A stretch of 64,000 nt of DNA from Macrostomum lignano (GCA_002269645.1 NIVC01000093.1:620001-684000); one strand, 5' to 3'. Positions 44,964 to 58,651 are shown, counted from the stretch's first letter. Program-made: numbers and translations. Notes: generated by a model from the sequence alone, not told the origin.

Positions 44964-45679
44964 TGCCTCAAGGATATTCACAAAAATTTGATTAATATCT
45001 TTTCGATATTGTCAATAGCTGAGCTTCGCGTTATAGCAGCGGCTTTGAGTTGATTGAATGGCCTTAATTAATATATATATCAATTCTAGTATAGTATATG
45101 TACCTGTATGGAACGAACGGGGCAATTCTGTTTGGCCGACTCCGTGAATTGGCTAACTGGACTTGGCCAGTGATTGGACATGTTGGGCTTCAATCCATAT
45201 TATAGCTATAGGTAAGCTGAGCTATTTGATTAACTTTGTTCATATGCTTAAGTGTATTGCTTTAATATTTTATAGCATTCATATCAGCTGCTTTATTGTG
45301 TCGATCCATCTTTTGATTAAAATCGGTAAATTCTATTTTGAAATACTATAATCTCATAGATAGATAGCATCTCATCTACTCTGAGAGATTCAATTTAGAC
45401 TACTTAGAAACAGTAGTAGACGAATAAGGGTTTGAATCGTAAAATCTCTGTACATAAGCCAGCCCGCGAAGCCGGAGTACTCTACACCAAAGTCATTAAT
45501 TTGCGTTGAATATGCCAGAAACCGTGGTCTTAGTCCAGCCTATGGCAAGGTTTCGAGTGGCTTTTAGTGTGTCACATCTGACAATCAGCATGAATTCAAA
45601 GCCAGAAGGCCGCTTGTCTAAAAGTACATGTACCGAGCATATAATAAATTAGACTATACGTCTCACTTTCAAATTTTAG

Positions 45680-46844
45680 CAGTGTTGGGCAAACTTCCGG
45701 CACTTCCGGCACTTTTAGTGTTCTACTTTTATAAGGCGGCACTTTTTCCGATTCTTTTTTAGAGTGCCGGACTTGGGTAATGGAAGTTACTTTTTGATAA
45801 GTCCGGTTCTCCGCGGTACTTGGAAATGAAAATTTAGGTGCGAAACAGCCAATTTAGCACTAAATCAACAGCGCAAAAATGTCACCAAAATACTCGTGTA
45901 GTACAATTATAAAAAGGTAAAAAGGGGGGTGATCCTAGATCATGTTGTTTTTACTTTTTAGGTAAAGCACGTTTTAAGCATCATAGAATCATGGAATGAA
46001 GCGATTTTGTTGGTATAGGATCACTAGCAGTACATCAGGATGCTACATTCGTGATTCGTGAAAAAAAATTGAAGGCCGATTTCTTTATTTCGATGTTCGT
46101 GCAGGACGACACGAGTGATGCATTCTAAGAGGGTTTTGACTTTTCACTCTTTTGAGGCTATAAATATAATTTTCTAATTGCAACGCAGAAGCACTAATCA
46201 ATCAAGTTACTTGAAGTTTTGTGCATTGGTCTGTCTATCAAATTCCAGGCATTTGTTGTCCTGGCATCATTTTTCCTAATTGTCAGCTGGTATAGTTCCT
46301 AAGGCTGCCAGAAGATTATCATTTATTCTAAATGAGTCAGCAGTGTACAAAAGTATACTTACACTAACTGTAAAATTATAGCTGCTGTAAAACTACAGCA
46401 CAATACTATAGAGATTATTCGTAGTGGGGGCGACGAGAATGACCAACACAAAATAAAAGTCTCCTGAAGTATTCTACTTATTGTGACACACCAATTGAAC
46501 AAAAATTATATCCATACATACTTCTGAAGAGTCAGAATCAATATCTGAAATTTGGCCTTCAAAATTTTTCTGAAAATTGTGAGTGTAGCATCCTGAAATA
46601 TTGCTAATCCTTTTTTGTAAAAGGTTTTGCTTATTCACTTAAATTTTAGATGCGAAAATAATTAATAAAAATACAATGTAGCATCTTTATTTGAGGAATA
46701 AAAGCATGTTTAACTCTAGACCAACACATATTTTTTGTTTTCTTCACAAAGACATGTTTAAGCACTTTTTAATTGGCGGTTCTTTTAAAATTAGAAAGTA
46801 CCGGAAGTTATACTTTTCTTGGAACCGGAAGTTACTTATCACTG
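45680..46844. mobile_element. Old non-autonomous hAT-like element between the divergent GPCR and prosaposin genes
   Basis: Ends CAGTGTTGGGCAAACTTCCGG and CCGGAAGTTACTTATCACTG, with repeated CCGG(A/C)A subterminal motifs; TSD not convincing. Confidence 0.6.
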
Positions 46845-47445
46845 CATTTATAGATATTTTAGGTAAGTATACGTGCATGTACATCTACTCGTAAAAGTAC
46901 TACACGCAAATTTATTTCGCTGTAATAATTTAAGCCATGCGTAGGCTTACATTAAAATGCGTCATAAAATTTTTTTCATGACATCAAAAAACACAAACTG
47001 AAATTTTTAATTTTAATGCAGGTAAACAGATGGTTGTTGTGCTGCAGTGGCTCATTTTGACTGATAATCACATCTAACGGTCTGTTATTTTGTCTAAAGT
47101 AAAACTTACACAAATATTCGGATACAGGTTGATAAGTCATTGTTCAAATAGCATTGTTAAAGAAACGTAAGGTCAAATTCTAAAATGCAAGTTTAAAATC
47201 ATTTCTAACATTTTTCAAAGTAACGTGCGATTTTTTATAAACTATCTTATTTAGAAATACTCTATTATAGAAGCAATTTCACTATATTTGTTTTAGTGTG
47301 AACTAAAAACGAAAGAAAATTTAAACCATCACAGCTAGTGAGTTCGACATGTGCGAAAAATTTATTCTTCACCTCATAAAATTGTAGCGGCCATTTTTAT
47401 TCGCTCTTGAATTGATTTTTAGAAGAATTTAATAAAGTAGTCACT

Positions 47446-50400
47446 ATGAGAGCATCGCTGCACTTTGCTTTTGTTGCGCTTCTCTTTTGTAGTTTAGCAG
47501 CGGGTAAGCAGTGAATCAATAGATGATATTAATTTTAACTTTTCCTACTGTAACCTGAAAAAACTATTAACATTACTTTTGTTTATAATACGAGCGTAGT
47601 CTAGCACTCATTTATAAATACTTTTTAACATTTTTAATATTTTTTATATTTGTACTCCATTTTAAAAAGTCAGTTTTTATTTAAATTCTGTTCTGCTTTT
47701 ATTCTATATCGAGTTTAGATGTGTATTAATTATGCATAACTAATATTAATTTTATTGAATTCTCGTACCCACCAGTATGCATATTTTGTTACAAAAGTAA
47801 TTGACATCAAATAAAGGAAATTCTATATTAACTCAATCAAAATCAAAAACCGAAATTAAAAGTCTTTCTCCATCGCCGTTCAAAGCCCTGCCAGGTTCGA
47901 ACCCCTGCTCCCGCGGTCCCGGCCACTGGTGCAGCAGCCTAGCGGCGGCCAGAGCCTGCGGCGCCATTGCCCACTGCGCCCAACTCTGGAGCCGGAGCTC
48001 GAACCTCGGACCTGACCCGGCCGATGCCACCGAGTCCTGCACCACCTGCCGCCTGCTGGCCGACGATCTGGCGCGCCTCGGCGTTGCTGAAGGTCCAGAC
48101 GGGATGCGCTCAGCCGGTGTCACCGCCTGCGGTCTTGTCGCCGATCCGAGCGCTGCTCGGGCCTGTCAGCGTCTACTGACCGCGGAGTCGGCGAACCTGC
48201 CGGAACTGCTGGCTGCCGGCTTGCAGCCTGGCAGAGCCTGCGTCATGGCCGGCCAGTGTCGACAGCAGGCGATGCTGTCATCGACTAGTGCACCGGCAAC
48301 GCCACAGCCGCCAACTGCCAGCAGTGAGGGAAACTTTTCGTGAATCACGCCTATACTGTTGCTTTAGAATTATAATTATAGAACTTTGGTATTGAAACAG
48401 TCACTGGGATGAGTGTCCTATTGGGTCGCCTTGCGAGACGGGCTTGGGAAGGGCTGTATTTTGTATAGCATTCGCCCCTCTAAGCTTCCCTATCCGGCCC
48501 TCGGATCCTTTGAAACTTTACAATCGCGATCCAGCCCTGTTGAAGGCTTGTGTCTCTTCTCAGCAATCTTCTCTCCTCTCTCTTCTTTTCTCTCCTCTCC
48601 TCTCCTCTCCTCTCCTCTCATCTCATCTCTTCTCTGCTCTTCGCTCATCTCCTCTCCTCTCCCTTCTACTCTCCTCCCTCGTCTCTCCTTTCTTCTTCTA
48701 ATCTTATCTCTCATCTCTATTCTATCTCATCCCTCCTCTGGCCAGCAAGTCACGCGCTAGATTCTTTATCTGGCCCTAGTGGTAAACAAATTTTGCTGAC
48801 CCCTGGACTATAACCTGGCATACTGAACCTCGATTGAGTTCCAGATTGAACTCAATGTAAATTACGTATTACATGTGATCTCTGGTTCGAATCCGTGCGA
48901 GAGTGTACGTGCCTGACGATTAGACAGTCAGGACCCTGTGTGATGAGTGCGTGCCTGAGTACAGTTATTGGCGCGATTTGTGGGACGATCTCGCCAAACA
49001 AGCCATCGCGCTCGGGTGCCCACAACTCTCTCCTGCGAATCTGTATTTTTACAATATATTGATATTTTATAGATATTTTAAAGCGACAAATTGTATTATT
49101 GTCCCCACCCACCCCATATCCCCACTGTGCCAGGCAGCTGCAGCGCCTGTCCCTCTGTTCTAGAAGCCATCGGCACCTCCGTCATCCGAGTGGGCGTCAG
49201 TCCAGCTCACGCCGTCGCCCGTCTGCGCCGTAGAGTTTGTCCAACACTGGCCAACAAGAGGCAGCGAACAATGTGCCACAAACTGGCTGGTCAGCGAGAC
49301 CTATTCCGAATTGTACTGCAGCTAGCTAGGGGCGTTGTGAGTACAGTATGAACTGTTTGAGTTTTTGTTTAATTCAAAATGCCATCTTCATCTTCAGATT
49401 GCCTGTCCAGACACCACCTTCAACCACAAGCCTTCAGCACTCCGAAAAGCGAACACTTCCACAAAGCCTTCCTTCTATAAGTCTGCATTATCTGCTTTCA
49501 GTCGCTTTTCATCTTTCTTCTGCTCCATTGTTCCAGCTGTCACCACGCATGGTGATAAGTTGCGATGACGACCGATCCTATGACCAGTATAAAACGCGCT
49601 GACGTGGCTCGGGGTTTAGTGGCGCTGGTCAAACGACTTTGGCTTAGAAATATCAGACTAGCTAAATGACGACAGAGTGTAATAGTTACAGCTGGCCTTG
49701 CCGCGAAATTGCACTGAGCTAGAGAGAGAGAGAGTGAGAGTTTGATAACATTATCGGAATAAATCTGGACAAGCATGCAGGTACCTGATAAGAAGAAAGC
49801 CTCCAGGGTTATTCAATTCTGGCTTGAATAGGCCGGTTTAGATAAGCAGAAGACAAGTGGAGTTCTTTTATGCCTGCTTGCTTTATGCAAGCGAAATTGA
49901 AGGTCGACAGCAGTTCAGCGATAAGCGCGTCTGACTCTGCACGACCCCTGTGGGCCTGTGTTGGAAGAAAATTAGCCAAGGGGTTTTCGTGTGATTTACA
50001 CCCAACGAGGACCAACCCCCAAGGTACAGAGAGTGTACATGTCGGACTATTTGTCGAAATGGGATGATGTCGCTCAAGGCCTTGCAACTCTTCTGCGAAA
50101 ATTTATGCAGATATAAAAAATACTCTATTCCAGCCACCGAAACAAGTTTGCACCGAATTTCGACTGTGCAGTTCGGCGCCTTTCGCTGGCCACCCAGTGA
50201 TCCAATTGATGCAACTGCAGGTGAGCTACTCGTACTACTTCTAGTACGAATAATGATGAACCTTCCATTCAATATTAAACTCAATCAGACTAGAACTATT
50301 TCATCACCCATCGCAAACGCATGCCCAGACAAATAAGGCCATCAAACTAGCTGAACCAATCGAGTGCCAGGTGTGCGAAGACCTGGTCAACCAGGCCCGG

Positions 50401-53400
50401 CAGATGCTGCGCGACGGCCGCACACAGGCTGAGATTGAAAGCTTCGTCGAAAGCATCGTCTGCAACGCGCTACCATCGTCAGAGAAGGACCAATGCGTCA
50501 AGAATGTGCAGCAATACGGGCCGATTCTGTTTCAACTGCTTGCCTCAGAGCTGGATCCTAAAACTGTCTGCGAGGCTGTGGGCGCCTGCGGAAAAACTGG
50601 CAGAACTGATCGGCTGAAGCCCAAACTGGGTGTCGGTCCGCAGTGCCTGCTGTGCGAGTTCGTCATGCGAGAGGTTGACAAGCAGCTCAGCCAGAACGCT
50701 ACCCAGACCGAGATCGAGGCAGCTCTTCTGCAGGTGTGCTCTCTGCTGCCCCAGACTGTCCGTCAGGAGTGCGACGGCTTTGTGCAGCAGTTCACTCCCA
50801 TCATCATCCAGCTGCTGGTGAACGGCTTGAGTCCACAGAGGATCTGCACAGTGCTCGGTCTCTGCACCGCCTCTACACAACGTCCGCCTGTCACACCGGT
50901 TCGAAAGCCCGTCCAAGCAGGTCCGCAGTGTCTGATTTGCGAGTTCGTCATGCGAGAGGTCGACAAGCAGCTCGGACAGAATGCAACTCAAGCCGAGATC
51001 GAGACAGCTCTTCTGCAGGTGTGCTCTGTGCTGCCCCAGACTGTCCGTCAGGAGTGCGACAACTTCGTTCAGCAGTTCACTCCGACCATCATCCAGCTGC
51101 TGGTGAACGGCCTGAGTCCTCAGCGGGTGTGCTCCGCGCTTGGTCTCTGCTCTCAGCGTGCTCCGCTGCACCGTCTTGCTCCAACGCCGAAGTCGTCAAC
51201 CAAATCGTCATCGACTACCTGCGACGTCTGCCAGACGGTGATGCAGTACGCGAAGTCTCTGCTGCAGGAGAACGCCACCGAGCAGGAGATTGTGCAGCTG
51301 GTTGAGCGAGTTTGCAGCTTCCTACCGACTGCCGAGCAGGCGGCCTGCAAGTCGTTCATCAACGAATACGGAGCGTACGTGATCCAGCTGCTGCTGCAGG
51401 ACGCCAACCCTAGACAGATCTGCCAGGTGAGTTGCTCGAATAATTACTAGATGGTTTTTTTCAAGGCTCGAATTACCATCCTGAGCATTAATTACTCGTA
51501 CAAGCTTTAATGTGTTTGTGCCAAATAGTAATTAATTATGATGATAAGGTCTTGTTTATACCGGTAGATGTCTACAATACTCTAATATAGTAAATCATTA
51601 GTGTTGAAGTGTTTCTAAATTTATTTTCTGAGTGAAGACACAACACGAAAAGCTACGTGTTAAGAGGTATTTGGTGAAATTTCATAGAAGACAGAAATGC
51701 TATAGGAAGGGTTGTGCTGGGCAAATCATCAAAAAGAAATAGGTTAAAAAACAGGTGCAGGCGATTGAGCCAGACAGTCAAGTCATGAATTTCAGTTTAA
51801 AATCAGTTAACTGCGGTTAAATAAAGGCAAGTAGCCACATTTTCACTCTCTCAACAGCTGGTGGGACTCTGTACGACTACTAAAATGACGCCTCCAGTAG
51901 CTTCATTGGTTCGAAAACCGGTCCGAGCGAGTCCGCAATGCCTGACGTGCGAGTTCGTCATGCGAGAGGTCGAGCAGCAGCTCAGTCAGAACGCTACCCA
52001 GACCGAGATCGAGTCAGCTCTTCAACAGGTGTGCTCCCTGCTGCCCCAGACTGTCCGTCAGGAGTGCGACGGCTTTGTGCAGCAGTACACTCCCATCATC
52101 ATCCAGCTGCTGGTGAACGGCCTGAGTCCTCAGCGGATCTGCACAGTGCTCGGTCTCTGCACCCAGGTTCAGCAACCGGTATCGCCAGTTCGCGCCAAGC
52201 TAGGTGCGACGTCAACTGCCTGCGACACCTGCCAGACAGTGGTAGTCTATGTCAAGTCGCTGCTGAAAGAAAACGCAACGGAACAAGAGATCATTGACAC
52301 GGTGGAGAAAGTCTGCAACTTTCTGCCAACAGCTGAGCGACCTACCTGCAAGATGTTTGTTGACCAGTACGGACCGTACGTGATCCAGCTGCTGCTGCAG
52401 GACCTCAACCCGATGCAAGTCTGCCAGGTAACTTCTTTCGGCGCGTACTTTATCTCAATCTAGAGAAAAATCAAAATAATTGACTGATTGCTAACCATTC
52501 CTACTTTCAGTTACTTGGACTTTGTACGCAAAAGAAACTTCAAGCAGCAGTTCGAAAGCAGAAGCAAATCAGTGCCGGTCCGCAGTGCCTGCTGTGCGAG
52601 TTCGTCATGCGAGAGGTTGACAAGCAGCTCAGCCAGAACGCTACCCAGACCGAGATCGAGGCAGCTCTTCAACAGGTGTGCTCCCTGCTGCCCCAGACTG
52701 TTCGTCAGGAGTGCGACGGCTTTGTGCAGCAGTACACTCCCATCATCATCCAGCTGCTGGTGAACGGCTTGAGTCCACAGAGGATCTGCACAGTGCTCGG
52801 TCTCTGCACCGCCTCTACACAACGTCCGCCTGTCACACCGGTTCAAAAGCCCGTCCAAGCAGGTCCGCAGTGTCTGATTTGCGAGTTCGTCATGCGAGAG
52901 GTCGACAAGCAGCTCGGACAGAATGCAACTCAAGCCGAGATCGAGACAGCTCTTCTGCAGGTGTGCTCCCTGCTGCCCCAGACTGTCCGTCAGGAGTGCG
53001 ACAACTTCGTTCAGCAGTTCACTCCGACCATCATCCAGCTGCTGATGAACGGCCTGAGTCCTCAGCGGGTGTGCTCCGCGCTTGGTCTCTGCTCTCAGCG
53101 AGCTCCGCTGCACCGTCTTGCTCCAACGCCGAAGTCGTCAACCAAGTCGTCATCGACTGTCTGCGACGTCTGCCAGACGGTGATGCAGTACGCGAAGTCG
53201 CTGCTGCAGGAGAACGCCACCGAGCAGGAGATCGTGCAGCTGGTTGAGCGAGTTTGCAGTTTCCTACCGACTGCCGAGCAGGCGGCCTGCAAGTCGTTCA
53301 TCAACGAATACGGAGCGTACGTGATTCAGCTGCTGCTGCAGGACGCCAACCCTAGACAGATCTGCCAGGTGAGCCATTTGGATAGTTTTTACATAGAATG

Positions 53401-53762
53401 GATCTATAGCATCATTTATCTCAAGTCATAGGACCTAGAGTCACAGCTGTTTCCAGCAAAGCTGAAGCAAACCAGTGGCTGAAAAAAAGTTACGCTCGTA
53501 TGACCCTCTTTGTGCAATAAGCCATCTCTGGCGTCTCCGTTATGGAAAACCCCGAAGCAAGTCCGATTAGCTACCAAAACAATTTGGCTTCCAGCTACTG
53601 GGCCTGTGCACCAACAGCCGTTCAACCAAGTTGTCAGCGCTGCTGCCCGACCGCACGCTGCGTTTTGTTCAGCCTGCCCGAGGGTTCCCCGCCACCGCCA
53701 ACGGCATGGTGCAAATGGTTCGCGACCATAGACGTGGTCATCGATCCGAGCCGGTCGTCTGA
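47446..53762 (+). CDS. PSAP: Prosaposin-like precursor: signal peptide, one SapA domain, 11 SapB domains (about 1200 aa)
   Basis: Exons 47446-47503, 47886-48323, 49134-49336, 49398-49551, 50134-50220, 50351-51426, 51858-52427, 52511-53368 and 53595-53762 in consistent phase. SapA CSRGPGHWC..C.AIAHC..W; repeated CxxC..C..C..C..GLC. Exons 4-5 and the exon-6 acceptor are less certain. Confidence 0.88.
48555..48735. repeat. CT-rich low-complexity tract in prosaposin intron 2
   Basis: Direct reading. Confidence 0.85.
50635..53374 (+). repeat. Recent intragenic duplication: about 50635-51432 copied at about 52577-53374
   Basis: Constant 1942-bp offset at both ends and few substitutions. Confidence 0.92.
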
Positions 53763-54164
53763 GCACGGCAAAGCGAACTCGTACTAATTAAATTCCGTTT
53801 TTATTTCAGTATATTGAAAGACCCACAGCGCGTTGGTCGCAACAGAGGCTATGGTATGGGTCTCGTTCGATTTGATTTTTCAACTTTCGATTCTCATTTT
53901 CCGCTCTATTTTTCTTATATAGCTAATCATTTAACTTCTTATCCGCTAAATTTATGTAATTTGCGTTGAACCTAAATTGTGATCGGTTTTGTAATTCAAT
54001 AGTCGTATCAGGTGCTAATAAATCACATTTGCACATTTCAGCAATGTTAGTTCATATGCGGTTTTTTGATACTTATATAATTGCCTGCGAGAATTTTCAA
54101 TTCACGATTTTACTCAATTTATAGGAGGTTGCTTCAAAATGGACTTCATGCTTTCCTCCTAAAT

Positions 54165-54349
54165 AACTAACTAACTAACTAACTAACTAAATGACTAACT
54201 AACTGACTAACTAAATAACTAACTGACTAACTAATTAACTAACTAACTAACTAACTAACTAACCAACTAACTAACTGACTAACTAACTAACTAACTAACT
54301 AACTAAATAACAAACTAACTAACTGACTAACTAACTAACTAACTAACTC

Positions 54350-54386
<37 letters not shown>

Positions 54387-54423
54387 ATAACTAACTAACT
54401 AACTAACTAACTGACTAACTAAA

Positions 54424-54478
<55 letters not shown>

Positions 54479-54479
54479 T

Positions 54480-54568
<89 letters not shown>

Positions 54569-54704
54569 GACTGACTAACTAACTAACTAACTAACTGACT
54601 AACTAACTAACTAACTAACTAACTAAATAACTAACTAACTAACTAACTAACTAACTGACTAACTAACTAACTAACCAACTAACTAACTAACTAACTAACT
54701 AACC

Positions 54705-54744
<40 letters not shown>

Positions 54745-54745
54745 G

Positions 54746-54776
<31 letters not shown>

Positions 54777-54825
54777 GACTAACTAACTAGCTAACTAACT
54801 AACTAACTAACTAACTGACTAACTG

Positions 54826-54860
<35 letters not shown>

Positions 54861-55085
54861 GACTAACTAACTAACTGACTAACTAACTAACTAACTGACT
54901 GACTAACTAACTGACTAACTAACTAACTAGCTAACTAACTAACTAACTGACTAACTAACTAACTGACTAACTAACTAACTAACTAACTGACTAACTAACT
55001 AACTAACTAACTAACTAACGAACTAACTAACTAACTGACTAACTAACTAACGAACTAACTAACTAACTGACTAAATAACTAACTG

Positions 55086-55136
<51 letters not shown>

Positions 55137-55157
55137 GACTGACTAACTAACTAACTG

Positions 55158-55192
<35 letters not shown>

Positions 55193-55209
55193 GACTGACT
55201 AACTAACTG

Positions 55210-55250
<41 letters not shown>

Positions 55251-55289
55251 ATAACTAACTAACTAACTAACTGACTAACTAACTAACTG

Positions 55290-55320
<31 letters not shown>

Positions 55321-55455
55321 GACTAACTAACTAACTGACTTACTAACTAACTGACTAACTAACTAACTGACTAACTAACTAACTAACTAACTGACTAACT
55401 AACTAACTGACTAAGTAACTAACTGACTAACTAACTAACTGACTAACTAACTAGC
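54165..55455. repeat. (TAAC)n microsatellite, about 1.3 kb
   Basis: Direct reading. Confidence 0.97.
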
Positions 55456-55692
55456 TATCTCGGCTTAAGGGGGAAGAAAAAGAAAATAAAGATAAAGAAT
55501 ACGAAGTTAGGGCGGTCGCAGCCCAGAATTCAGCGTTTATGTTTTCTAACTTAAACAAAGGTGAAAAGGTTAGGCGGTTGGAGGAGATATATATTTGAGT
55601 ACATTGTGCGTACAGTGAAATAGAGAAAATAATTAATCTATCGATGAAACTTTTGGATAGCCTTAGGCCAACTCATTTTTCGATACTCCTTA

Positions 55693-55960
55693 TTGAGCCA
55701 TGGCATCTCAGCATCTCCCCATTGAGCCATGGCATCTCAGCATCTCCCCATTGAGCCATGCCATCTCAGCATCTCCCCATTGAGCCATGGCATCTCAGCA
55801 ACTCCTCCATTGAGCCATGGCATCTCAGCAACTCCTCCATTGAGCCATGGCATCTCAGCAACTCCTCCATTGAGCCATGGCATCTCAGCAACTCCTCCAT
55901 TGAGTCATGGCATCCCAGGAACTCCTCCATTGAGTCATGGCATCTCAGCAACTCCCTCTT
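55693..55960. repeat. 30-bp tandem repeat (CCATTGAGCCATGGCATCTCAGCAACTCCT)n downstream of methyltransferase A
   Basis: About 8-9 units; paralogous array at 58652-58862. Confidence 0.92.
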
Positions 55961-56167
55961 TAAAATGAGTGAAAGTAACATAAATATTGAAATGGTTTTT
56001 TAATTTACCTTCCGTTCCATACCTTGATACATATATGTAGGAACGGGCATTAACTACAATACAGCAAAGTGACTTACAGAATTTTACGTCCTATAAAATT
56101 ATTTTGGTACGCAAACCAGGAGGTAATAGACAAACGGCGAAACAGACTCGCATTTTTGCAACAAAGG

Positions 56168-57667
56168 TCACAGTATGCTGCAACAGCATCGAAAAATTGT
56201 TTCTTCGTTAACGGCAGGACCGGCGCAGTGCCCAGATTTTACGTTGCGCAAATCGCCTTCGAAATACCGTTGTTTGTCATGTCCCTGCTCTACCTGACAA
56301 ATTTCTGTATGATTGTTCATAAAAGACTCGCTCTGCTCATCCACCATTTGAACTCTGCACTGCTCCTGCAACACCTGCTGTCTCTGCCGTTCCTGTTGCT
56401 GCTTCTGTGTTTGCTGCTCTTGCAAACGCCGTTGCTGCTCCAGCAACTGTTGCTGTCTCTGCTGCTCCACCAACTCTTGCTGTCTCTGCTGCTCCAGCAA
56501 CTCTTGCTGTCTCTGCTGCTCCAGCAACTGCTGCTGTCTCTGCTGCTCCAGCAACTCTTGCTGTCTCTGCTTCTGCTCCAGCAACTCTTGCTGTCTCTGC
56601 TGCTGCTCCAGCAGCTGTTGCTGTCTCTGCTTCTGCTCCAGCAGCTGTTGCTGTCTCTGCTGCTGCTCCAGCAGCTGTTGCTGTCTCTGCTTCTGCTCCA
56701 GCAACTGTTGCTGTCTCTGCTGCTGCTCCAGCAGCTGTTGCTGTCTCTGCTTCTGCTCCAGCAACTGTTGCTGTCTCTGCTGCTGCTCCAGCAGCTGTTG
56801 CTGTCTCTGCTTCTGCTCCAGCAACTGTTGCTGTCTCTGCTGCTGCTCCAGCAGCTTTAGCTGTCTCTGCTGCTTCAGCAACTTTTGCTGTCTCTGCTGC
56901 TCCAGCAGCTTCTGCTTTCGCTGCTGCTCCAGCAACTTCTGTTTCTTAAGAGATTCGAGAGCATCATTCTTGGCTGGAACATAACTCAGGTGAAAGTTTC
57001 CTCGTTTTCTCGTGTACAGACAAATTCTCTCGCCTGTAAATGTTCGCCTAAATCCGAACTCCTTCAGTTGCTGTACTTGTCTGATCTCAATATCCATTAC
57101 AAGAATGTATCCCACACTGCTCAGCAACTGAGGAAGCTTCACGCCAACTAGACTCAAATTCCTACCAGCGTTAGCAAAACTCAGACTGATGATGTCGAAT
57201 GGTTGAGCCGTTAGCTTTCGGTCAAGCACAAAGTCCTCCATGGGCATTTCAATGAACTCCCGTCTCGATGTGTTGAAACACCAATCCGATGTGGCCTGTG
57301 CGAATTCGCCGTCAAAAGCGCTCCAGTCCCAGGGAAACGCGTCAACTCCAATGCAGCTCTGCTGCAGCAGCTTACCGCCATGCACCTGACTAACCTCGCC
57401 TTTGTGTACAACATCTTTGATGGCTCTGACGACTCCAAGCAGGTCGCTGCCGGGACCGCAACCGAGCGACAAGATCCGGATCTTCCGAGGCTGCGGCTCG
57501 CTGCACACTGACTGCAGAAGTTGCTTCACCTCGGTTCGTATTTGCATCCGCATGAGTTCAGACTTACGTATAAACTGTTCTTGTGTATAAGCCTTGCGGA
57601 ATTCCGGGTTCCTGTAGAATCTAAAGTCCTCTTTGTGCTTGGCATCAAGCCATTCCTGGTAGTCCAT
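56168..57667 (-). CDS. Putative class I SAM-dependent methyltransferase, copy A, with a Gln/Leu-rich coiled-coil tail (499 aa)
   Basis: Single ORF with motif I RILSLGCGPGSDL, post-I CIGVD and motif IV-like FDIISLSF; (EQQQRQQQLL)n encoded by 27/30-bp repeats at about 56430-56945. Confidence 0.8.
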   Translation of the reverse strand: MDYQEWLDAKHKEDFRFYRNPEFRKAYTQEQFIRKSELMRMQIRTEVKQLLQSVCSEPQPRKIRILSLGCGPGSDLLGVVRAIKDVVHKGEVSQVHGGKLLQQSCIGVDAFPWDWSAFDGEFAQATSDWCFNTSRREFIEMPMEDFVLDRKLTAQPFDIISLSFANAGRNLSLVGVKLPQLLSSVGYILVMDIEIRQVQQLKEFGFRRTFTGERICLYTRKRGNFHLSYVPAKNDALESLKKQKLLEQQRKQKLLEQQRQQKLLKQQRQLKLLEQQQRQQQLLEQKQRQQQLLEQQQRQQQLLEQKQRQQQLLEQQQRQQQLLEQKQRQQQLLEQQQRQQQLLEQKQRQQQLLEQQQRQQELLEQKQRQQELLEQQRQQQLLEQQRQQELLEQQRQQELVEQQRQQQLLEQQRRLQEQQTQKQQQERQRQQVLQEQCRVQMVDEQSESFMNNHTEICQVEQGHDKQRYFEGDLRNVKSGHCAGPAVNEETIFRCCCSIL

Positions 57668-58651
57668 GATTTTTTGCTCCTGCTCTACTCTTAGTCTAAG
57701 CTCTCAGCTTTGTATCTGCTTCCATTTAATACGCAAATGTATTCATTTCTTAGAAATTCTGTCTAGTATCAGTATTGCACACAAATAGAAATATGCACGC
57801 AGAAATTTCTGTTCTCAACCAGAGTTTATAGACATCGCGTACATTAAAGTGCAAAGAACTTTCGGGCAGGTGTTATTTTCTGCATCCAGTGGAACTTTGT
57901 GTATGGCGAGAGAGTAGCAAACTCACAGGAAAACTTTTTTTCGAAAACAAAAACTATAAAAGAATACTTATGAATAAATTAATGGTTAGACAGAGACAGA
58001 CAGGTAGACAGAAAAAAAGCTATTATACATGTAGATTAAGTTAGTAAAAACTAACCTTAGACTAACGAACCAACTAACAAACAGCTAACTGACTAATATA
58101 CAAAAAACAAACAAACTTAATAACTGGTGTCTCCCAGAATACCTGGCCCTGGCAGAAAAATCGGGCTTCGCTCTCGGTCTGGCGCATTTTGAGCTTTCGG
58201 CTGTCGTATATTTTACAGTCCTGTGTATCAACCCCCCCCCTTGATGGCCTAATTGAAGTAGCTGCATGGTGGCTTAAGTTTTATTGGGCAAAATTATTAA
58301 AGTATGTAACACGCTAATGAATCCTTTAACTGATGGATTGATTAGAATTCATGTTAGCATCCGCTTGGGTCGCAATCTATTATGTCAAAGCGCAAAGGTG
58401 CATTGATGAATGTTGGTTTACACATCGAAATGAACCAAACGAATTTATCAAGCATTGTTCACTGGGCCATTTTATTGGAAAGCGATTGCGTTTCGTCAGC
58501 TGTGATGCCAATTCTCGCCATAGTAGGTGGTCTTTTTCTGATAAGTTGTAAGTCGATCCGTACGCCGTTCTGCACTTCTCTTCGAATATCACCAAGGTGC
58601 GATCGTTCTGATACTCAGTGGACATGCTTGTGAAGACTAGATTTTTACAGC

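Noticed and set aside
50435-53304. Antisense and alternate-frame ORFs over prosaposin
   Set aside because: Shadows of GC-rich coding sequence, duplicated along with the exons
56069-56949. Plus-strand poly-Leu and Ala/Val/Pro-rich ORFs
   Set aside because: Antisense readings of the Gln-repeat region of methyltransferase A
58330-58630. hAT transposase fragment (IGITADETQSLSNK resembles the first catalytic Asp motif)
   Set aside because: Single short motif with no supporting context
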